From: an uncultured Phycisphaeraceae bacterium
GTDB lineage: Bacteria > Planctomycetota > Phycisphaerae > Phycisphaerales > UBA1924
Direction: 5' to 3'
Length of the DNA: 64,000 bases
Assembly: GCA_964394895.1 (NCBI GenBank)
Contig: CAYMZJ010000008.1
Location: forward strand, 35,240-99,239
The position numbers were made by a program, and so were the translations under genes. The notes under the pieces were generated by a model. That model was not told the DNA's origin, did not search any database, and saw only the letters and a program-made list of their open reading frames with translations. Within the stretch, counting starts at the first letter, position 1; every line of letters begins with the position of its first letter. Of the stretch, positions 1-9,830 are shown one piece after another.

Positions 1-35
1 CGTAGAAAAGTCAGATTGCGTGTCGATCGTCGCGA

Positions 36-638
36 TCAGCGGCGACGACGGATAGCGGCGATGCCACCAAGCCCGAGCAGGGCGAGGCTGGCGGGTGCCG
101 GGATGACCGCGTCGATGCGGACATTGCTGAGCGAGTAGAGGTCGCCGGTGCCGAGGTTGATCAGACCGAAGCCGGTGTATGTCGCACCGTCAGCAAAGTC
201 GTCGAGCTCGATCGCGCCACCGATGACCGCGTTGCCTGAACCGGTGGCAGGGTCGGTGTTGCCACCGAACTGAAACAGTGAGCCGTTGCCGAGATTGAAC
301 TCCATATGTCCTCCGGCGTTGTCAAACGTTCCGGCGAACGTGGGGTAGAACGTTGAGCCGTTGTTGAAGGCGCCCGTGGTGTTGTTCGCCCCATCGGAGG
401 ACCCCGAGATGGTGACCGAAGACGAAGTCGCGTTCACAGAGGGCAAGCTGAAGTTGTCGACGTAGACGCCCGAGGCGTCGTAGTCTGCGGTGAAGCTGAA
501 CGTGGCACCATCAAGACCGTCGGTACCTGCCCCTGCGGCCAGGCTGGCGGTCGCAGAGAAGGTGTAGGTGATGGTCTGAGCTTGAGCGGTGCCAGCGGCA
601 AGGCCAGCGGCTGCAACGATGGTTGCGAGGGTCTTCAT
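36..638 (-). CDS. PEP-CTERM sorting-domain secreted protein
   Basis: N-terminal signal peptide (MKTLATIVAAAGLAAGTAQA), Gly/Thr/Asn-rich body, C-terminal VIPAPASLALLGLGGIAAIRRRR motif (PEP-like motif + TM + Arg cluster). Confidence 0.8.
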   Translation of the reverse strand: MKTLATIVAAAGLAAGTAQAQTITYTFSATASLAAGAGTDGLDGATFSFTADYDASGVYVDNFSLPSVNATSSSVTISGSSDGANNTTGAFNNGSTFYPTFAGTFDNAGGHMEFNLGNGSLFQFGGNTDPATGSGNAVIGGAIELDDFADGATYTGFGLINLGTGDLYSLSNVRIDAVIPAPASLALLGLGGIAAIRRRR

Positions 639-793
639 GATCGTGTCTCTCTTTCCCTTTTCGTCCTATCTAGGACTCGTGTGTCTCCAGAAACGCGCTG
701 TCCACAAGACCGACGCGACAGTCTCAGCATACACCAAATGCACAGAGTCATTGGGTATTTTTATGGCAATAAGCAGTTTTTGGAGTTTGATAG

Positions 794-2503
<1,710 letters not shown>

Positions 2504-2534
2504 GCCGACGGCTGAGAAAGATGTTCAGACTTTG

Positions 2535-2572
2535 CAGAGCCCCGGCTGGTCAGTCGGGGCTCTGTCTTTGAT
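2535..2572 (+). terminator. Putative intrinsic terminator after atpD
   Basis: 10-bp perfect stem CAGAGCCCCG...CGGGGCTCTG followed by TCTTTG. Confidence 0.5.
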
Positions 2573-2630
2573 GGCGTTGCGGTCCGACGGCTCGCGGCGA
2601 GTGGCAGAACCATCGCAGTGATTTCATGAT

Positions 2631-2716
2631 GTGTGCCACCGCCATCTTGGCCGTGCCCGCATGACCCGGACACCCGCAAGGCCCGGCTACACAGCTCACA
2701 GAGCCGTGGCACACAA
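2631..2716. repeat. REP element copy A (two palindromic modules)
   Basis: TGTGCCACCGCCATCTTGGCCGTGC and CACAGCTCACAGAGCCGTGGCACAC; same modules flank the RAYT gene at 27.7/28.4 kb. Confidence 0.75.
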
Positions 2717-2777
2717 ATCGAGATGCCTGCGTGTGCTCTCGTGTTGGGATTACACTGTGCATAGGAGACAACAGACG

Positions 2778-4004
2778 ATGAGTGAGCCCAAGTACGAGTA
2801 CCCGGCGATCGACGACGCGGCAACGCACGCCACCGCCGCGAGGTTCTGTGCGCTGGCGTTTGGCGGCCCGGAAGAGGGGTGTGTCAAGTGGCTCCGCGAC
2901 CAGGTGGGACACGAACACCTGCGGGTGCTGCGCGAGCCCGACGGCTCGGTGTCGGCGTCGCTGGTGCTGATCCCGATGGGGCAGTACTTCGGCGGCCGGA
3001 GCGTCGAGATGGAAGGTGTCGCAGGAGTGGCGGTCCCGCCGGAAGGGCGCGGGAAGGGTGCCGGGCTGCGGCTGATGCAGGCGCAGGTGCGCGACGCAGC
3101 TGCGCGCGGCGTGCCGATCTCGTCTCTCTTTGTCTCAACGCAGTCGCTCTATCGGCAGGTTGGGTATGAGCAGGCGGGCGTGTTGTTCGAGACCACGCTG
3201 CCGCTGCGGACCATCGGCGTGCGCGAACGGGGGCTCGTGGCACGCGAGCTTGAGGCGTCCGATCAAGGTGTGGTCGCGGCGTGTTACGCACGGTTTGCAG
3301 CTCGATACGACGGAACGCTCGACCGAGGGCCATACGTCTGGGGACGGGTCCGGGAAAACCGCGGCGAGTCCCGGCGGGGGTTCGGGTTCTTCGGCGAAGG
3401 AAAGAAGGGCACCCCCGGCGAACTCGAAGCCTACCTGTACTTCGCGCAGCAGCGGAAGGAGAGCACCGGTCGCCACGACGTGGCGATCTCGGATCTGGCG
3501 TTCACCACCGCGAGGAGCGGCCGGCGGCTGCTGGGTTTCCTCAGTGACCTGGCAACAGTCGGGGACGACGCAACATTCGACGGCCCAGCAGTCCATCCGT
3601 TGATGTCGTTGTTGCCACAGCAGTACTTCTCGTCGCGGTTCGTTGACCTGTCGATGCTGAGGCTGAATCTCGTGAAGGAGGCGCTGGAAGCACGCGGATA
3701 TCTGCGCGGGATAAACGCTGAGTTTGTCGTAGAGGTCGAGGACGACTTGATCGACGTGAATACCGGTGCGTGGCGCGTGCGTGTGGAGAACGGCCGCGCC
3801 GAGGCTGCGCGCGCAAGTGGGAATCTTCCGCGAGGCATCCCGACGATCCGCTGCGACGTGCGCGGCTTGGCAGCGGTCTACGCGGGCTACTGCTCGGCAA
3901 CATCGGCCGCCGGCTTGGGATGGGTCGAGGGTGACGCCGAAGCGCTGGCAGCAGTAGACGGCGTGTTTGCCAGCAACGGGCCGTGGATGGCGGACCGATT
4001 CTGA
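2778..4004 (+). CDS. Eis-like GNAT N-acetyltransferase (GNAT + SCP2-like C-terminal region)
   Basis: Acetyl-CoA binding-like RGKGAGLRLM motif, overall Eis/enhanced-intracellular-survival architecture; ATG at 2778 with AGGAGA RBS; the upstream 49 codons of the track ORF run through the REP and are discarded. Confidence 0.7.
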   Translation: MSEPKYEYPAIDDAATHATAARFCALAFGGPEEGCVKWLRDQVGHEHLRVLREPDGSVSASLVLIPMGQYFGGRSVEMEGVAGVAVPPEGRGKGAGLRLMQAQVRDAAARGVPISSLFVSTQSLYRQVGYEQAGVLFETTLPLRTIGVRERGLVARELEASDQGVVAACYARFAARYDGTLDRGPYVWGRVRENRGESRRGFGFFGEGKKGTPGELEAYLYFAQQRKESTGRHDVAISDLAFTTARSGRRLLGFLSDLATVGDDATFDGPAVHPLMSLLPQQYFSSRFVDLSMLRLNLVKEALEARGYLRGINAEFVVEVEDDLIDVNTGAWRVRVENGRAEAARASGNLPRGIPTIRCDVRGLAAVYAGYCSATSAAGLGWVEGDAEALAAVDGVFASNGPWMADRF

Positions 4005-4023
4005 AACCGGTGTTCCCGGTGTC

Positions 4024-4734
4024 TCAGTCTTCCGCGAGCATCGACCGCACATGGTTGATCGACTTGACCGTGTCGTCGGTCGCGCTCTGGATCGACCCAA
4101 GTTGACCTTCGATCGACTGGGTCGCCTCAGCCGCCTGCTTGCTCAGCCGTTTGACCTCGTCGGCGACCACCGCAAAGCCCCGCCCCGCCTCGCCCACACG
4201 GGCCGCCTCGATCGCGGCGTTGAGCGCGAGAAGGTTGGTCTGGTCGGCGATCGACTTGATGACCTTGGAAAACCCGCCGATGCGTTGCGAAGCCTCGGCC
4301 AGGCCGGTGACCACGTCGAGGGTCTTGCCGAAATCCTCAGCCAGGTCTTGCCGACGTTTCTCGGCAGCCGCCAGATCTCTGGTTTTGGTGTCCATCTGTC
4401 GGGTGGCACCGTTGATTGATCTCGCCGCCTTGCGGAACGACCCGAGCATGCCGTTGAGCAGCACCCGGCGGAAGAACCGCCCCTTGCTCGCATACTCGAG
4501 CGAAGCGGTTGCCTCGCGGACAAAGGCGTCGGTCATATCAAGCAATCGGTTGATCGAGTTGAGCAGCTCGGCCATCTCGCTCTCGGGTTCGATGTGCAGG
4601 ATGCGGGCTTCGAGGTTGCCCCGCGACGCCTCGCCGCAGACGCGGGTTGCCTCAGCGATGAGCCCGGCGAGTTTGGGCGAGAGCTGGGTGCTGGAGAGGT
4701 CATGCTGCGAGGTCTGGTGTTGCATCGTGGTCAC
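4024..4734 (-). CDS. Soluble methyl-accepting chemotaxis protein signalling-domain protein (HAMP-like + MCP)
   Basis: MCP highly conserved domain [29 protein letters not shown]; no TM segments. Confidence 0.8.
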   Translation of the reverse strand: MTTMQHQTSQHDLSSTQLSPKLAGLIAEATRVCGEASRGNLEARILHIEPESEMAELLNSINRLLDMTDAFVREATASLEYASKGRFFRRVLLNGMLGSFRKAARSINGATRQMDTKTRDLAAAEKRRQDLAEDFGKTLDVVTGLAEASQRIGGFSKVIKSIADQTNLLALNAAIEAARVGEAGRGFAVVADEVKRLSKQAAEATQSIEGQLGSIQSATDDTVKSINHVRSMLAED

Positions 4735-5288
4735 GACATCGCCTCCGCTGCTGCGTCTTCGCCGGCGAGCGAAAAGACGAACTCGTCGTATGTTGTGTTC
4801 TGCGACTTGAGCAGGTCAACCACCGCAGGATACGACGCAGCGATCGCTTCCCTGGGTGTACGGAAGGGTTTCTCGATCTGCAAGAGCGAGTCGTAGAGGG
4901 CTTTGACTTTGCTGAGCGCGTGGCGGTCGGGCACGCGGCGGTTCGAGTGGTACCCGATCTTGGTGCCGTGCTCGTCGTAGCTGGGGGTGACGTGCGCGAA
5001 CACCCAGTAGTGGTCGCCGTGCTTGGTCAGGTTGATGACGTACGCGAAGATCTCCTCGCCTGCTGCAAGAGTGTCCCAGAGGAGCTGGAACACACAGCGC
5101 GGCATCGCGGGGTGGCGGATGATGTTGTGCGGCTTGCCGAGCACCTCGGCTTCGGTGTACTGCGCAACCCGCAAGAACACATCGTTGGCGTAGGTGATGC
5201 GGCCTTTGAGATCGGTCTTGCTGACGATGATCTCGTCTTTGCCGAACGTGCGTTCATGGCCGGTCGGCCGGATGGTGGGTGGTGCCAC
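4731..5288 (-). CDS. PAS-domain sensor protein (Aer-like PAS)
   Basis: PAS_3-like motifs [18 protein letters not shown]...[13 protein letters not shown]...HYW; stop overlaps start of downstream MCP gene (ATGA). Confidence 0.75.
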   Translation of the reverse strand: MAPPTIRPTGHERTFGKDEIIVSKTDLKGRITYANDVFLRVAQYTEAEVLGKPHNIIRHPAMPRCVFQLLWDTLAAGEEIFAYVINLTKHGDHYWVFAHVTPSYDEHGTKIGYHSNRRVPDRHALSKVKALYDSLLQIEKPFRTPREAIAASYPAVVDLLKSQNTTYDEFVFSLAGEDAAAEAMS

Positions 5289-5532
5289 GGGATCGCCTCC
5301 CTGCGAACGGATCGCATCAGAGTAAAATGGGATGCCGATATCCAGTATCGGGCGGGAGCAGCAGCGGCTTGAGAGGGCTTCGCGGCGAATTGCAATGTGG
5401 CGAATACACCGCCCATGCTCAAAGGAAGGGCCGAAAATCGGGTGAATGTCCCCGGGCTTTTACCATGAGGATGTTGGGCCGAGCGAATGCCGGAAAGGCC
5501 CTGAAGGTGCAGAATCACCCCTACGATCGCCC

Positions 5533-6531
5533 ATGAACTCGACGATCATTTTGTGTCCCGGCCAGGGTGCGCAGGCGGTGGGGATGGGCAGGCTCTGGTT
5601 CGACGCCTCGCCCGAGGCCCGCGCGGTCTTCGCCGACGCCGACCGGTTGATGGCCGAACTCTGGGCGACCGACGCCGCGACCTCGGGTTTGCCCGCGCTC
5701 TCCGAACTCTGCTTCAACGGCCCCGGCGACACCCTGAACCGCACCGACGTCTCCCAGCCGGCGATCTACACAGCGTCGGTCGCGTGCCTGGCGGGCGTCA
5801 GAGCGAGGCTGGGAGCCGATGCGGTGTCGCTCGCCGCGACCGCCGGCCTCTCGCTCGGCGAATACACCGCGCTCCACGTTGCCGGGGCGATCGGGTTCGA
5901 GGACGGGCTCCGCCTCGTCGCGCTCCGAGGCCGCGCCATGCAGGACGCCGCGACCGCCACCCCCAGCGGCATGGTCGCGTTGATCGGTGCCGACGAAACG
6001 CAAGCTGCCGAGGTCTGCGAGAACGCCCGTGGGAGTGGGGGGGAGGACGACGTGCTGGTCTGTGCCAACTTCAACGCCCCCGGGCAGGTCGTCGTCAGCG
6101 GCTCGATCGCGGCCTGCGAGCGGGCGGTGGGCGTGGCGGAAGAAATGGGGCTCCGGGCCAAGGCACTGCCGGTCGCCGGGGCGTTCCACTCGCCGATCAT
6201 GGCACCGGCCGCCGAGCGGCTGGGGGAGGCGCTGGCCGCGACAACAATCCAGGAGCCAGGGTGCGTGGTGATGTCGAACGTGACCGGCAAACCCCACGCC
6301 CCCGGCGAGCGTGGTAGCATGGCCGACTCGATCCGCCAACGGCTGGTCGAGCAGCTGACCAGCCCCGTGCGGTGGGCCGCGTGTTGCCAATGGCTCATCG
6401 GGAACGCACAGGCGGGCAGCGGGTCAGAGTTTGGAGAGCTGTCCCCGGGCAAGACGCTCGGCGGGCTCATGCGACGGATAGACCGCAGGACAAAGGTGAA
6501 GAGTTATGACGATCCAACCTCGCTCGAATAG
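5533..6531 (+). CDS. fabD: Malonyl CoA-ACP transacylase
   Basis: ILCPGQGAQ, GLSLGEYTAL active-site Ser motif, GAFHS; start trimmed to MNSTIILCPGQG. Confidence 0.9.
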   Translation: MNSTIILCPGQGAQAVGMGRLWFDASPEARAVFADADRLMAELWATDAATSGLPALSELCFNGPGDTLNRTDVSQPAIYTASVACLAGVRARLGADAVSLAATAGLSLGEYTALHVAGAIGFEDGLRLVALRGRAMQDAATATPSGMVALIGADETQAAEVCENARGSGGEDDVLVCANFNAPGQVVVSGSIAACERAVGVAEEMGLRAKALPVAGAFHSPIMAPAAERLGEALAATTIQEPGCVVMSNVTGKPHAPGERGSMADSIRQRLVEQLTSPVRWAACCQWLIGNAQAGSGSEFGELSPGKTLGGLMRRIDRRTKVKSYDDPTSLE

Positions 6532-6550
6532 GCAACGCGGCTCGCGGGTC

Positions 6551-7546
6551 ATGCCCCGGGTGCTCTGTGCCGTGACAACTGTGGCCGTGCTCGGGCTTGC
6601 GTCCTGCAAGAAGGAAGAGCCCGCCCCGCCTCCGCCTCCGCCGCCGCCGCCGAGGATCGAGCAGCCCAAGCCGCTGGACGCCGGCAGCGTGCTCCAGTCG
6701 ATGGACGTGGACGCCCGCGTCGAGTTCGCCGAGGACGCCGCGCCCGTGAGCCGCGACCTTGCCCAAGCCGCGATCAAGCTCGCCGACGCGATCGCGCGGG
6801 GTGACGACGAAGCGCTCCGCACCATGCTCGACCGCACCGACCACGGCTCCCTCGACCGTCTCATCGCCAGCGGCCAGTGGTACGACGCAACCGGCAAACT
6901 CGAAGCGGTCCGGGTCGTTTCGATCAACACCGGGGCCAGGCTCGACCCCGCCCCCGAAGCCGCCGAGATCGGGCTCGCGGTGCAAGACCAGGACGGCGCG
7001 TACGTCATGCTCTGGGCAGGGCGCAAGGTGTTTGACGACTGGGTCTTCACAGCGCGGCCGGCGTCCGACGAGGTGCGGGCGCGGGCGACCGCGTGGGACG
7101 GGATGTCAGTGATTTCTGCACCACCGCCAACGAGTGAGCCTGAGGCAGAAGCTGCATCAGGTCCGTTGCCGCCATCCGATGGATCAATGGCTGACCTGCG
7201 GCCATTGAAGTTGTATATACGAATGCAGATGGGCGACCTAATGCTGCAGGGGAGTGGTGAAGATTTTGACATCAATCGTCAGCTTACAAGGACCGCTCAA
7301 GGCCGGGGGATAGATGAATCCGCCGTGAGAAAGGACTATGAGACCGGTGAGCGGGAGATGCGAGAAGGGCGGCGGTTGCCTGCAGCGGAGGCTCTCGAAG
7401 CTATTGAGACCCTGTGGGGTAACCGGGATGTAATGAAAGCTGCTGGTGTGACATTCACGAAAGACGACATTATTCGGTGGTTCAGCCAGGCGAGCGGGGT
7501 TCCTGAGTCTGAGGTTCGTGCGATGTATGAGTCACAAGGCGGCTAG
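6551..7546 (+). CDS. Hypothetical lipoprotein (Pro-rich linker), inserted between fabD and fabG
   Basis: Signal peptide + lipobox LGLASC, PPPPPPPPP linker; 3' ~450 nt of gene has visibly lower GC. Confidence 0.55.
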   Translation: MPRVLCAVTTVAVLGLASCKKEEPAPPPPPPPPPRIEQPKPLDAGSVLQSMDVDARVEFAEDAAPVSRDLAQAAIKLADAIARGDDEALRTMLDRTDHGSLDRLIASGQWYDATGKLEAVRVVSINTGARLDPAPEAAEIGLAVQDQDGAYVMLWAGRKVFDDWVFTARPASDEVRARATAWDGMSVISAPPPTSEPEAEAASGPLPPSDGSMADLRPLKLYIRMQMGDLMLQGSGEDFDINRQLTRTAQGRGIDESAVRKDYETGEREMREGRRLPAAEALEAIETLWGNRDVMKAAGVTFTKDDIIRWFSQASGVPESEVRAMYESQGG

Positions 7547-7556
7547 AGGAGCAGTG

Positions 7557-8300
7557 GTGGTTGATACCCAGCGAATCGCAGTAGTCACCGGAGCAAGCCG
7601 AGGCATCGGCAGAGCCATCGCCCTGCGCCTCGCAGCCGACGGCAGGCACGTGGTGCTGGTCTCGCGCTCCGCCGGGCCCCTCGAAGCGGTCAGAGCCGAG
7701 ATCGAGGCAGCCGGGGGCGCAGCGAGCGCGCTGGCCGCAGACGTCGGCGATCGCGCCGCCTGGGCAGCCGCCATCGAGAGCATCATCAAAGACCACGGCC
7801 GCCTCGACATCCTCGTCAACAACGCGGGAATCACCCGCGATAACTTGTCTTTACGCATGACCGACGAGGAGTGGGACGAGGTAATCAGTGTCAACCTCAC
7901 CAGCGCCTTTGTCGCGATCCGTGCCGCCGCGCGCGCGATGATGAAGAAGAAGTTCGGCCGCATCGTCAACATCGCCTCGACCAGCGGCCTGGTCGGCAAC
8001 GCCGGGCAGGCCAACTACGCCGCGGCCAAGAGCGGGTTGCTGGGGCTGAGCAAAACCATCGCCCGCGAACTCGGCAGCAAGGGCGTCACGTGCAACGTCG
8101 TTGCTCCCGGGTTTATCGTCACCGACATGACCTCGAACCTGCCCGAGGACGTGACGAGCAAGGTCAAGGACGCGATGGCAATCAAACGACTCGGCGAGCC
8201 CGAAGACATCGCCGCGGCTGTAGCGTATGTGACGAGCGACGAGGCGGGCTTCCTCACCGGCCAGACCATCGCCGTCGACGGCGGCATGACGATGGTCTGA
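7557..8300 (+). CDS. fabG: 3-oxoacyl-ACP reductase
   Basis: TGASRGIG Rossmann motif, NNAG, YxxxK (YAAAK) catalytic motif; start chosen at GTG 5 nt downstream of AGGAG (track ORF begins 7518). Confidence 0.9.
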   Translation: MVDTQRIAVVTGASRGIGRAIALRLAADGRHVVLVSRSAGPLEAVRAEIEAAGGAASALAADVGDRAAWAAAIESIIKDHGRLDILVNNAGITRDNLSLRMTDEEWDEVISVNLTSAFVAIRAAARAMMKKKFGRIVNIASTSGLVGNAGQANYAAAKSGLLGLSKTIARELGSKGVTCNVVAPGFIVTDMTSNLPEDVTSKVKDAMAIKRLGEPEDIAAAVAYVTSDEAGFLTGQTIAVDGGMTMV

Positions 8301-8331
8301 AGAGGATTGGAGTTGCGTCTTTCAGCTTCTC

Positions 8332-8356
8332 AACGAGCCCTGTGCGCGAGCACAGG
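8332..8356. repeat. GAGCC-stem-GCGA hairpin element (variant of dispersed hairpin family)
   Basis: AACGAGCCCTGTGCGCGAGCACAGG; near-identical copy at 17872-17896. Confidence 0.6.
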
Positions 8357-8388
8357 ATCAAGAACGCCCCGTAATGCACAGCGCGCCG

Positions 8389-9225
8389 TCAACCCGAGCT
8401 CGCGCTCGAGGCTCGTCTGGGTGCGCACAGCGTTCCACACTCCGGGCAGATATCGGCGCCACTCCCCCGGAGGTCGTAGCCGCAGCTCTGGCACGCCCAC
8501 GCCGGTTTCCATGCCCGGCGTGCCGCGATACCCCAGTACAGAGAAGCCGCGAGAATCGCGGGGTTGAACGCCCAACCGATCCACGCAAAGCCCATCCACG
8601 AGAGAGTCCTGGGGAGGAGCAACTCACCACCCGCGAACGTCCAGTCAAACTCGATCGTGATCCACGCGCCGAACAGCCCCACGAGCACAAGGGCAAGCGC
8701 AACAAGCCGGGCGCGGTAGAGCAGCAGGACCATCAGGGCACCCAGAAGAGCCACCGAACTCATAGAGACGAAGGCCCCGCACGCGCTCGCCCACGGCTCA
8801 CCCGGAGAACCGGGCTGATCGACAAACCACGCCCCAACGACACTACGGAGGTACAGCCATACACCGGGCAGGGTGACACTGACCAGCAAAAGGCAGAGCC
8901 CGCGCCAGTACCCGAACCTGCGCGGGTGGACCGCTACCCCCGGCAGCACGCACCACGCCCCGATTACGGTAAACACGGGAATCGGCGGGGTGGTCCCGAA
9001 CGCCAGCCCGTGGGCCAGAATGCCGTAGATGGTGAAGCGGAACAGCGCAGGGATGCCAAGCCGCTCGGCGATGATTGTCATCAACAGCGTGCGCAGGTCG
9101 TAGCCGGTGAAGTAGACAACCCCCAGCGCGATGGCGACCACCAGGAGCGTCCACCCCGCCCAGCCGAAGTGCCAGAGGGGTTTGGGTGGGTCATCGCGGG
9201 TCGTGGTGCGTGCTCGAAGTGCCAT
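8389..9225 (-). CDS. Membrane protein with C-terminal zinc ribbon
   Basis: Multiple predicted TM helices, C-terminal CQSCGYDLRG...CPECG; paralog of 42105..42659; start trimmed to MALRAR (AT-rich upstream). Confidence 0.6.
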   Translation of the reverse strand: MALRARTTTRDDPPKPLWHFGWAGWTLLVVAIALGVVYFTGYDLRTLLMTIIAERLGIPALFRFTIYGILAHGLAFGTTPPIPVFTVIGAWCVLPGVAVHPRRFGYWRGLCLLLVSVTLPGVWLYLRSVVGAWFVDQPGSPGEPWASACGAFVSMSSVALLGALMVLLLYRARLVALALVLVGLFGAWITIEFDWTFAGGELLLPRTLSWMGFAWIGWAFNPAILAASLYWGIAARRAWKPAWACQSCGYDLRGSGADICPECGTLCAPRRASSASSG

Positions 9226-9306
9226 GGTATTACCGTATAGAAACCGACATAAACCTCTACAACCGGGCGTGTGTCCGGGTTGCACATCCCCTGCAAGCCG
9301 AGTGAG

Positions 9307-9756
9307 TTATCTCCCCGTCAGCAGCACCACCCCACCCAGAATGCTGACAATCCCCAATGCCTTCTTGGCTGTGAGCGGCTCGTGCAGAAACATAAACGCC
9401 AGCACACTCGCGACCGCCGGGGCAAGCGCAAACGCCACCGGTTTGACGCGCGAAATCTCTCCGGTCTGCAGCGCCGCGTAAAAAAAGATCATTGCCGCCG
9501 CCCCGGCAACCAGGCCCGACCCGAGCACCAGCTTCAGCAGTGTCGCGGTGTCGGCGCGGTACCAGTCGGCCGGCTCGGCGCGGGCGACCTTGACCGCGAC
9601 AAACCACGCCAGCCACAGCACCGGGAGCGCAACAGTCGAACGCACCGCGATCGCCGTGATCGGACCGATCTTGCCGGTGTGCAGCACGCTCTTGGTAAAG
9701 AGTTCCCCCACACCCCAGCACAGCCCGGCAGCAACAGCAAGCAGGATCGGTTTCAT
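9307..9756 (-). CDS. EamA/DMT-family small membrane transporter
   Basis: ~4 TM helices, EamA-like hydrophobic pattern. Confidence 0.65.
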   Translation of the reverse strand: MKPILLAVAAGLCWGVGELFTKSVLHTGKIGPITAIAVRSTVALPVLWLAWFVAVKVARAEPADWYRADTATLLKLVLGSGLVAGAAAMIFFYAALQTGEISRVKPVAFALAPAVASVLAFMFLHEPLTAKKALGIVSILGGVVLLTGR

Positions 9757-9830
9757 GCAGGGAGGGTATGCGTCGATGAAGCCGGTACGGGCGGCGGGAA
9801 TGGGAGCACCGGCCGCGACCGGGGAGGCGT

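Noticed and set aside
2631-2777. N-terminal 49 codons of track ORF 2631-4004 and ORFs 2359-2823 / 27195-27872 / 63084-63395 containing VPRLCE(L/P)CS-like peptides
   Set aside because: These segments are translations of the REP palindromes (same peptide appears wherever a REP occurs). The GNAT gene starts at the ATG with an RBS at 2778.
7518-7556. fabG start at 7518 as given in ORF track
   Set aside because: AGGAG is located at ~7547-7551 inside that extension, with a GTG 5 nt downstream giving the canonical ~12-residue lead before TGASRGIG; the longer form would also overlap the upstream lipoprotein gene.
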